From the IMG/VR virus record IMGVR_UViG_3300017917_003822, positions 124,001 to 188,000 of that record: a stretch of DNA of 64,000 nt; one strand, written 5' to 3'. Numbering within the stretch: the first letter of the stretch is position 1; the number at the start of each line of letters is the position of its first letter. Shown piece after piece: positions 30,940 through 38,624 of the stretch. The translations under genes and the position numbers were made by a program. The notes below the pieces were generated by a model. The model was not told the origin of the DNA, did no database searches, and saw only the letters and a program-made list of their open reading frames with translations.

Positions 30940-30970
30940 AAACCCGGTTCCAACAGGACCGGGTTTTTAT
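30940..30970 (+). terminator. Intrinsic terminator
   Basis: AAACCCGGT...ACCGGGTTTTT. Confidence 0.8.
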
Positions 30971-31049
30971 TTGATCGTAAAAATCATAAATATTTTTTTT
31001 AATCCGAGGTACTTTCTTATATTTGTGAAACAAAAAATAAAATATAATT

Positions 31050-31379
31050 ATGGAAAAACCAAAAATTAATTTTAAGGAACTTGCTGAATCTTTTAAGAAA
31101 TTTTTCAGTAATTTAGGTAAGGTAGTTGTTATTTTAACTTCTATCGCATCGGGCTACGCAGCTGCAGAAATCTATCACAGATATGAAATGTCAATATCTG
31201 TTCAGAAAATGCAGACTCCTAGAGAGGGTGAGGAAATATCAGCTTTTGCAAATAACGAGGTGTTAATTATCATGGATAGTAAATCTGGGAGATATACATC
31301 CTATACAAAGGATGCAGCTATCGAGATCTCCAATGTTGTTATCAAGAACCACATTTTAAATAACAAGAGCAATAAGTAA
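31050..31379 (+). CDS. Hypothetical membrane protein
   Basis: Hydrophobic VVVILTSIASGYAAA; TATATTTG promoter at 31018. Confidence 0.65.
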   Translation: MEKPKINFKELAESFKKFFSNLGKVVVILTSIASGYAAAEIYHRYEMSISVQKMQTPREGEEISAFANNEVLIIMDSKSGRYTSYTKDAAIEISNVVIKNHILNNKSNK

Positions 31380-31900
31380 TGTTTAGAGCCATATTTACAC
31401 TTCTTGGTGCATTTATGTTGGCCACACTTACTTTCTTTTATTTTGAAACCAGTGAGTTAGTAATTATGGAGGAAACTAGGGTAAATGGTGAACCGATAGA
31501 TTCCAGTTCACCACCTAGTCTCCAGATGTACCATTACATTGAGAAGTATGCCAATGAGTATGATATCCCAAGGGATTATGCTTACGGTATAGCCTGGAAG
31601 GAAACACGATATCGTGGTCCATTTCAGTGGGAATATAACCACGCTCAAACAAGCTATGCTGGAGCGGTGGGACCTATGCAAATTATGCCATCTACTGCAA
31701 ATATGATGTGGAGAGGTAAAAAAATTTCTAGATCGGAGCTTAAAAATAACATAGAATTAAATGTTAAAACTAGTATGAAGCTTCTACGTCATTTAAAAAA
31801 CAGATACGGGAACTGGAAAATAGTTTTCGGTGCTTATAATACTGGACGTCCGATGGTCAACCAGTATGCGATAGATGTTTATAATTTTAAAGCAAATTAG
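31379..31900 (+). CDS. Lytic transglycosylase (SLT) with N-terminal TM anchor
   Basis: AWKETRY (catalytic E), GPMQIMPSTA, GAYNTG. Confidence 0.9.
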   Translation: MFRAIFTLLGAFMLATLTFFYFETSELVIMEETRVNGEPIDSSSPPSLQMYHYIEKYANEYDIPRDYAYGIAWKETRYRGPFQWEYNHAQTSYAGAVGPMQIMPSTANMMWRGKKISRSELKNNIELNVKTSMKLLRHLKNRYGNWKIVFGAYNTGRPMVNQYAIDVYNFKAN

Positions 31901-31906
31901 AACCAA

Positions 31907-31987
31907 ATGGTTAAACTTTTTCTAATATTATGTGTGGTGGTCATATTTTTATGGCTAGTGAGTCCCGACGAAAAAAAGAATCCCTGA
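31907..31987 (+). CDS. Small membrane peptide MVKLFLILCVVVIFLWLVSPDEKKNP (absent from ORF track)
   Basis: Translated by hand; single TM helix with charged tail, directly after SLT. Confidence 0.4.
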   Translation: MVKLFLILCVVVIFLWLVSPDEKKNP

Positions 31988-32072
31988 TGGATTCTTTTTG
32001 TTTTTAGTGATATAATTAATTTGGGAGTTATTTTTTATTTCAATCCCCTCTTATAAATTCTTAAAAATATTA

Positions 32073-32999
32073 ATGAAACCAACTAAAGCACTTTATGTGG
32101 ATTGGCATTTACCCAAAAAGTTCCAGGGTAAAAATAGGCCATCCAAGAGACCCTGGGAAATAGCTATGGTAATCAGAACAACATTTTTTTCCAGAGAAAT
32201 GAATAATCTATCCCCTATTTTATATTGCGATCAGGATATGTATGATTATTATGAGTCGATAGATTTACTTAAGCATTTCGATGAGGTGTATCCCATTCTA
32301 CCCACTGACTTATCATTTAATGATTTTAATCCATCGATATTTTGGGCCGCTGGTAAATTTCTTGCTATGCAGCACTGCAAGGATAATTTTTTAATGATTG
32401 ATTTAGATGCAGAGATTAGATTTAAACTAGATTTTGAAGAATGTGATGTTTTCTGTGCTCATAGGGAGGAAGTTTCTGAAGGAGATTTGTGGTTTTATCC
32501 AAACCCTGAATATCTCGATACTAAAAATTATTTAGCTGAAAGACACAATATTTCTTGGTCTAATATGGCTTATAATACTTCGGTTCTGTGTTTTAAAAAT
32601 CTTGACGATGCTAAGGAATACGCTAATTCAGCTCTTGATTTTATTAAAAGTATAGATTCCATAAACCCAGCTTTCGAGAGAGTTGCTTATATACTTTTGG
32701 CAGAGCAAAGATTTCTTTATGAGTATTGCAGATCAAAAAATCTTGATGTTAATGTGCTCATAAACGGGAAGTACATTCCGACAGGAGCAAAAAGTGGGGT
32801 TTCTCCATTCGTTGATTCAAATTTGGAAGAAGTTGCAGAGAGAGGGTTTTTGCATGTATGGGGATTTAAAAACGAAATGGCAAAAGACAAAGACACTGAG
32901 GATTCTTTTTTTGGCTCTCTGATGTCATCAAGACTAAATCTAAGAGATGATATTGTTAATTCAGTTTCAAAAAATTACGAGCTTTATATGGATAAATAA
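32073..32999 (+). CDS. Glycosyltransferase-like protein (DUF6734-like)
   Basis: FWAAGK, MIDLDA (DxD), NTSV, AEQRFL, FLHVWG. Confidence 0.5.
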   Translation: MKPTKALYVDWHLPKKFQGKNRPSKRPWEIAMVIRTTFFSREMNNLSPILYCDQDMYDYYESIDLLKHFDEVYPILPTDLSFNDFNPSIFWAAGKFLAMQHCKDNFLMIDLDAEIRFKLDFEECDVFCAHREEVSEGDLWFYPNPEYLDTKNYLAERHNISWSNMAYNTSVLCFKNLDDAKEYANSALDFIKSIDSINPAFERVAYILLAEQRFLYEYCRSKNLDVNVLINGKYIPTGAKSGVSPFVDSNLEEVAERGFLHVWGFKNEMAKDKDTEDSFFGSLMSSRLNLRDDIVNSVSKNYELYMDK

Positions 33000-33051
33000 T
33001 ATCCATATAAGTGAAACAAAAAAAGAAACTGATAGTTTAATATATAAATAT

Positions 33052-33522
33052 GGGGCTGACCAGGTATTGATTGGCAGAATTGGTTCTTTGAGATGCAGGC
33101 AGAGTTAGTATTGGAAACTCTTTAATAACCTATACAAAGCTTTAAACGGCAAAACAAATGTTTGGGATGCTATCAACGCGTTTGGTGCTCCCGTAGCTGA
33201 AGTTGAGTACGCAGTAGCTGCTTAACCTCCGGGCCTCACTTGCCTAGAAACAGAAAGGTGAAAGAAAATCCAGATGGCTCCCTTAATAGTCTTGGCTGAC
33301 CAAGAGCATCTGACCGTAATCGGTCTATACAGGGGGCGAAAGAGTGCGGGTAGCAGGGGCAGGCCCGTCTAAAATAACTAGTTGCCGACCAGGTTGTTTG
33401 GAAGTTTGGTTCCCACATATATCAAATTTCATATTTTGCTAATTTAGAAAAATTAGCTAAGCCTGTGAATGAGTCCTTAGGGTTAACTGAGCAAGACGGC
33501 GGTTCGATTCCGCCCAGTTCCA
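33052..33522 (+). ncRNA. ssrA: tmRNA; tag (A)GKTNVWDAINAFGAPVAEVEYAVAA* at 33148-33225
   Basis: 5' GGGGCTG pairs with 3' CAGTTCC-A (G3.U); T-arm GGCGGTTCGATTCCGCC; ORF ending YAVAA-TAA. Confidence 0.95.
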
Positions 33523-33525
33523 CTG

Positions 33526-33553
33526 AAAGTTCCGGTAACACCGGAACTTTTTT
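33526..33553 (+). terminator. Terminator of ssrA
   Basis: AAAGTTCCGG-TAACA-CCGGAACTTTTTT. Confidence 0.85.
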
Positions 33554-33591
33554 AGTTTAGCGATATATAATTTAAAAATAAAACAAATCTT

Positions 33592-34017
33592 ATGACCACA
33601 TTTATTGTAATTTTAATTTTAGCTTCTCTTGCTATTGGAATTTACTTTTTCTTTAAGGAAGAACCTAAAAAGAGCCCAATCAAAAGTAATAATGGAAGTA
33701 CCTGGACCGGTTGGTCAGGATCTGGTTCTCCGGCTGGATCTGGTTCAACATCTGGTTCAGCTAAACCTCTCGGAAAAATTGAAACTCCAAAGGCACCTAA
33801 AGTAGAATCGGTAACCGAAGGGACCATTAAGGAAGAACCTAAACTAGAAACAACAGAGGTTGTTAGCGAGGAACCTAAATCAGAAATGATTGAGACTGTT
33901 AAAGAGGAGCCTAAAAAAAAGAAAACGTACAAGAAAAGAGATCCAAAAAAACCAGGTGCTAAGAGAGGTAGAAAACCTAAAAATAATAACGGAAACGATC
34001 AGCTTCTACTTAGCTAA
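33592..34017 (+). CDS. Membrane-anchored protein with low-complexity linker and Lys-rich tail
   Basis: N-terminal TM helix; KKKKTYKKRDPKKPGAKRGRKPK; GATATATA at 33562. Confidence 0.7.
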   Translation: MTTFIVILILASLAIGIYFFFKEEPKKSPIKSNNGSTWTGWSGSGSPAGSGSTSGSAKPLGKIETPKAPKVESVTEGTIKEEPKLETTEVVSEEPKSEMIETVKEEPKKKKTYKKRDPKKPGAKRGRKPKNNNGNDQLLLS

Positions 34018-34038
34018 TTATAATATAAAAATCAATTC

Positions 34039-34074
34039 AAAAATCTTATTCACACAGGAATAAGATTTTTTTTT
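34039..34074 (+). terminator. Intrinsic terminator
   Basis: AAAATCTTATTC...GAATAAGATTTTTTTT. Confidence 0.8.
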
Positions 34075-34136
34075 ATGCAAATTTTTTTTTAATCCGGAAC
34101 AAGTCCATATATTTGTGTAAAATAATAAATTCAAAA

Positions 34137-34613
34137 ATGAGACTAAGAAGAATTCGAAAAAAAATTAAAGTTTTTTTAGCAAGAACTTCAAGAATGTTCA
34201 CTCGGGGGGTTTATGGGAAAAGAATTCCCAAAAGTAAACAGGAAAGGGTGTTACTGAAAATAGTTAGAACCTTATTGAATACTCCGGACAGTAAAGTCTA
34301 CTGCTTGCCAGCCAGTTCAAGAATATACATACATCCGAAGGACAAGAAGTACATAATTGTATTCGATTATGATGGTATTAAAATAAGTAATCACAGATTC
34401 TTTTTTAACACTTCCATAAAATATAGAATCGGTGAGGAGATGGTTAATGCAGCAAAGGAGAGAATGGAGAGGGATTTAACAAAGCTTAATCAGGAAATAT
34501 CATATAATGAGGAAAACTTTTTAGACGAGGTTTATTCCAATTTCAAGAGAGCCAAGGAGAGATCAACCTCATCAACTATGGATCCTATTCATAAAATACT
34601 AACCGATATTTAA
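34137..34613 (+). CDS. Hypothetical protein
   Basis: Start reassigned to ATG 34137 after TATATTTG 34108. Confidence 0.6.
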   Translation: MRLRRIRKKIKVFLARTSRMFTRGVYGKRIPKSKQERVLLKIVRTLLNTPDSKVYCLPASSRIYIHPKDKKYIIVFDYDGIKISNHRFFFNTSIKYRIGEEMVNAAKERMERDLTKLNQEISYNEENFLDEVYSNFKRAKERSTSSTMDPIHKILTDI

Positions 34614-34988
34614 ATGAGAATAGCTGTAATTGCACACGATAACAAGAAGGCAGATATGGTTGCCTTTATTATGAAGAGGCTTGATTTCTTTTCTAAGGTT
34701 CAAATAGTTGCTACTGGAACAACCGGACAACACATAGAGCACGCAGGCTTGGATGTTGACTTAAAAAAATCTGGACCTAAGGGAGGTGACGCACAAATAG
34801 CCAGTGAGATAGTTGAAAATAAAATTCAGGGTGTTCTGTTCTTTATAGATCCTTTAACATCACATGCTCACGAGGTTGATGTACAGATGCTTCTTAGACT
34901 GTGTAATGTTTATAATATACCAATAGCTACTAATTATGCTACAGCTAAACTACTAGTAAAATCAATAAAAAATAACAGGGAAGAATAA
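34614..34988 (+). CDS. mgsA: Methylglyoxal synthase
   Basis: IAVIAHDNKK, ATGTTG, SGPKGGD.QI, FFIDPL..HAHEVDV..LLRLC. Confidence 0.95.
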   Translation: MRIAVIAHDNKKADMVAFIMKRLDFFSKVQIVATGTTGQHIEHAGLDVDLKKSGPKGGDAQIASEIVENKIQGVLFFIDPLTSHAHEVDVQMLLRLCNVYNIPIATNYATAKLLVKSIKNNREE

Positions 34989-35683
34989 TGAGAATAGTAT
35001 TTATTTCAGATACACATACACAACACGCACACTCGGGATTAAATAAAATGCTGTCTGATATACTTGACGAAAACCCGGAATCTGTGTTGGTTCATTGTGG
35101 TGACATTTCTTCCAGAGGTAGAATACAAGAGGTTACTGATTTTCTGGATTGGTTTAATGGATTAGGATTTAAATATAAAATATTCATTGCGGGGAATCAT
35201 GATTTTCTTTTCGAGGATGATCCCGAGATGATAACGGATCTTTTGTCAACTAAATATAAAAATTTAATATATCTTAATGATAGTGGAGTAGAAATTGATG
35301 GAATTAAATTCTGGGGAAGCCCGGTCACTCCTAGATTTTTTAATTGGGCTTTTAATAGAGACTCCGATATTCAATACCACTGGTCAATGATTCCGTATGA
35401 CACCAATGTTCTAATTACACATGGACCTCCGTATGGCATTTTAGATTTTACACAGAGAGACAGAAAACCTGTGGGTTGTCATTATCTTAGGAGAAGACTC
35501 TTTGATTTGAAGGATTTGAAGATTCATGCGTTTGGACATATTCATGAGGCTTTTGGTAGTCAGGTGGGAGATACTGAGGATGATTTTTCCGAAGAATCTC
35601 TTAATAATATACATTTTGTTAATGCTAGCTATCTTAATTTAGATTATAGACCGGTGAATAGACCGATCTGTATCGATATATGA
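34988..35683 (+). CDS. Calcineurin-like metallophosphoesterase (MPPED-like)
   Basis: ISDTH, HCGD, IAGNHD, THGPP, FGHIHE. Confidence 0.92.
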   Translation: MRIVFISDTHTQHAHSGLNKMLSDILDENPESVLVHCGDISSRGRIQEVTDFLDWFNGLGFKYKIFIAGNHDFLFEDDPEMITDLLSTKYKNLIYLNDSGVEIDGIKFWGSPVTPRFFNWAFNRDSDIQYHWSMIPYDTNVLITHGPPYGILDFTQRDRKPVGCHYLRRRLFDLKDLKIHAFGHIHEAFGSQVGDTEDDFSEESLNNIHFVNASYLNLDYRPVNRPICIDI

Positions 35684-35746
35684 TAATTTTTTAATTTGTA
35701 AAGTGAAATAATTCCATAAAAAACAGTAAAACATATAAACCAAACA

Positions 35747-36541
35747 ATGAAAACATTTTACAAACCTTCGGAGGCAATCAAATGGACAAAAGAGCGTCTC
35801 TATAATCATGGTTATGTTGTTAAAACTGAAAAGTGGCAAGGTATAGAATCACCCGATGATATGTGGGAAACCATGAACCACTCATTTCAGTTCTTTATTC
35901 CTCATACAATAGAAGAACTAGTGGATGAGGTTAAACCTAATCTTCCATGGGCAGACGATCATTTCGAGGAGAGAGTTGGTAGACTCCCAGTAAATCCTCC
36001 ACCTTCACACACCTACTGGCCATTCGCTAGAAAGAACAACGAGCAATTTGGGGGTAATACAAAATTCTCTCACACATACCCAGAGAGAATCTGGCCAAAA
36101 AGAGCCCCAATAGATAACGAAACGGGAAAGGTCGCAAAGAAACCTCTGAAAGGAATCCGGTACGAATATGGAGATTTTGGAGATGTTGTTGATCTAATGG
36201 AGAAAGAACCATTTACCAGACAGGCATTTTTACCTATATGGTTTCCCGAAGATACTGGAACAGTACACGGTGAGAGAGTACCTTGCACTATTGGATATCA
36301 CTTTATGAGAAGAGGCGAGAATCTTCATATGGTTTATTATATTAGATCTTGCGACTATGTTAGGCATTTTAGAGATGATGTTTATATGGCATGCAAGAAG
36401 CTTATGTGGATGTTGGATATTCTTAAAAAAAGAGATTCTAAAAACTGGGCAAAGGTTAAACCTGGTTATTTTGCTATGCACATTACGTCATTGCACTGCT
36501 TCAATAGCGAAAAAGGTATTTTAAAACAATCAAAAGTATAA
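35747..36541 (+). CDS. Thymidylate synthase-fold protein, probable dCMP hydroxymethylase/methylase
   Basis: VPCTIGYHF (catalytic C), RSCDYVRHFRDD with Asp at the Asn177 position, HITSLH. Confidence 0.8.
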   Translation: MKTFYKPSEAIKWTKERLYNHGYVVKTEKWQGIESPDDMWETMNHSFQFFIPHTIEELVDEVKPNLPWADDHFEERVGRLPVNPPPSHTYWPFARKNNEQFGGNTKFSHTYPERIWPKRAPIDNETGKVAKKPLKGIRYEYGDFGDVVDLMEKEPFTRQAFLPIWFPEDTGTVHGERVPCTIGYHFMRRGENLHMVYYIRSCDYVRHFRDDVYMACKKLMWMLDILKKRDSKNWAKVKPGYFAMHITSLHCFNSEKGILKQSKV

Positions 36542-36542
36542 T

Positions 36543-36725
36543 ATGGAACAGAATCTTTTAGACTTGGTAATAAAAGTAGTCAAAATAACTCCCAATGATT
36601 CAGAATTGGGGAGCAGAATAAGAAGAATTATGATGATCACAGATAACGGCGAGAAAGAAGTTGCTGCTGAGGAGATTTTAGAAAATCTTAATATCAATAT
36701 TAACGGGAATCAAAATGGCAAATGA
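36543..36725 (+). CDS. Hypothetical protein
   Basis: Small ORF with PNDSELGSRIRR. Confidence 0.55.
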   Translation: MEQNLLDLVIKVVKITPNDSELGSRIRRIMMITDNGEKEVAAEEILENLNININGNQNGK

Positions 36726-37002
36726 ATTTAAAATATCTACCGAGTTTAAGAGCATCAATGAACCATCGGATAGTCTAAAGACACACTACTCCAACTTATA
36801 TAAAAGAAACCAGGATAAGTTTATTAGGAGATCTAAGTTGGAGATTTCTCATCTGGGTGAGGAGTTCGAATACGAAGGTAAGACTTTAAAGTTAATAGGG
36901 TCAATTGACTCCAATTTGATGATTGTTGTAGATGTTAATGAAAATAAATATTATAGAATTCATTCCGATATCGTTACTGACGGAATATTAAATAAGAGTT
37001 AA
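36715..37002 (+). CDS. Hypothetical protein
   Basis: ORF in operon. Confidence 0.6.
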   Translation: MANEFKISTEFKSINEPSDSLKTHYSNLYKRNQDKFIRRSKLEISHLGEEFEYEGKTLKLIGSIDSNLMIVVDVNENKYYRIHSDIVTDGILNKS

Positions 37003-37004
37003 TT

Positions 37005-37229
37005 TTGCTAGAATTTTATATAAAATCAACGGATCCAAGATCACATATTCAACTATGCGAGCTGATCTCTTTAACTGGGATGGAAATCCTGAGTGATTCA
37101 TTCGGTGATCCCCCATATGAGGATTATTATGGGATGTTTCATGTCAAAGGGTCGGAGGAAGACTTTGAGCTCATCTCAGAGTTTCCTGATCTCATAATAG
37201 GAATACCATCAGATAAAATAGTCCGATAA
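37005..37229 (+). CDS. Hypothetical protein (TTG start)
   Basis: ORF in operon. Confidence 0.45.
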   Translation: MLEFYIKSTDPRSHIQLCELISLTGMEILSDSFGDPPYEDYYGMFHVKGSEEDFELISEFPDLIIGIPSDKIVR

Positions 37230-37332
37230 TAATATTTGAACTTTTTTTAATCCCCTTTAGGGGATTTATTGTGATATATAGTCTCGTAAAGATCTTTTGG
37301 GAATCGGGCAATAAATCCAAAAGAAATAGGAA

Positions 37333-37716
37333 ATGCAAGAAAAAGACGTAACGCAGACTTTATTAATGAAACAAATACTAGACGAACTGTCTAGACTTAA
37401 ATCCAATATGCCGAATGGCGAGATAAAACACTTGCAGGATGGCATAGAGGGGCTTAGACAGGATCAGAAATCACTTAAGGACGACATTTCGGACATCAAG
37501 AAGAAGTTGTTAGATCCGGATGACGGTGTTATCGTTAAAGTTAATGAGAACACTAAATTCAGAATACAGGAGGAGGACAGATATGAGGACTACCTTCAGT
37601 TTAATAGTGATGTAAAGGAACTTAAGTCATGGCAAAGTGGCGTGAATAAAGCGTTATGGATACTGTTTGCTGCTATAATAGGTATTGGCCTCAAGGTAAT
37701 ATTCGGAGTCGGTTAA
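37333..37716 (+). CDS. Coiled-coil protein with C-terminal TM helix
   Basis: Heptad repeats then ALWILFAAIIGIGLKVIFGVG; GATATATA at 37273. Confidence 0.65.
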   Translation: MQEKDVTQTLLMKQILDELSRLKSNMPNGEIKHLQDGIEGLRQDQKSLKDDISDIKKKLLDPDDGVIVKVNENTKFRIQEEDRYEDYLQFNSDVKELKSWQSGVNKALWILFAAIIGIGLKVIFGVG

Positions 37717-37740
37717 ACCCCATTAAAAACAAAATAAACC

Positions 37741-38028
37741 ATGGAATCGGGATCATTTAAGGAGTTCATGGATCTAAGGAACCAAAATAACCAATATCTA
37801 GGTGATTTAATCTACAAAAAAGTCAGACATGCTATTTTGTATAACCTAGATTCAGCTGTTTTATTCACCATGTTTCCAACGGAAACTGAAACATCCGCTC
37901 AGGGTGTTGTGTTCACCCTCAATAAGGATCAATTCCCCCAATTTTTAGACGGTTATCTGAAGAGGTGTGAAAACGAGGAGATGTACGAGATCTGTTCGGA
38001 GATTCTAGATCTTAGAGAGCTCTGTTAA
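37741..38028 (+). CDS. Small protein with UVR-like motif
   Basis: EEMYEICSEILDL. Confidence 0.6.
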   Translation: MESGSFKEFMDLRNQNNQYLGDLIYKKVRHAILYNLDSAVLFTMFPTETETSAQGVVFTLNKDQFPQFLDGYLKRCENEEMYEICSEILDLRELC

Positions 38029-38042
38029 TTTAATCAAAGATA

Positions 38043-38255
38043 ATGCGGATGAGACAAGATGAGAGAAGATTTTACGAACAAGCTCTTGCTGATTATTCCA
38101 ACATAATCAGAAGCGGTGGAAACTCATTAGACCAGATAGAGGAATGCATAAGTGTGCTGGAAAGATTTGAGGATTATGAAAAATGTAAGGACCTACTCGA
38201 AATTTTAAGAGCATACAGATCTAAAAACAACAAGGAAGAAGATAACTTAAAATAA
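38043..38255 (+). CDS. Small protein with UVR-like motif
   Basis: FEDYEKCKDLLEIL. Confidence 0.6.
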   Translation: MRMRQDERRFYEQALADYSNIIRSGGNSLDQIEECISVLERFEDYEKCKDLLEILRAYRSKNNKEEDNLK

Positions 38256-38518
38256 TGGAAAGGAAACTCAATAGATTAATTTTCGAAAATGCTATCATCA
38301 GTATGGAAAAATATGGGAGAGAAAGTATGATGTCACCCAGAGTTTTTAATAAAAGGAATGATATTAAAAAATCACTTTTGGCCTACTATGAATCCACTGA
38401 GGAATTTGAAAAATGTAAATTTATCAAAGAGTTCTTCGAAGATTTGGATAGGGTTGCTGACGAGTTAAAAACTAGAGATTTTATAGGAGCAACTGGAGAA
38501 TTTGAAAGAATATCTTAA
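38255..38518 (+). CDS. Small protein with UVR-like motif
   Basis: TEEFEKCKFIKEF. Confidence 0.6.
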   Translation: MERKLNRLIFENAIISMEKYGRESMMSPRVFNKRNDIKKSLLAYYESTEEFEKCKFIKEFFEDLDRVADELKTRDFIGATGEFERIS

Positions 38519-38624
38519 ATTCTGGAGATTGTATGGTATTAATATACGAGGTTTCGGAAATATTTCTGAAACCTTTGTTTTGTTGATAGATATAAAAAAA
38601 GATTATAACCTTAAACAACATTAA

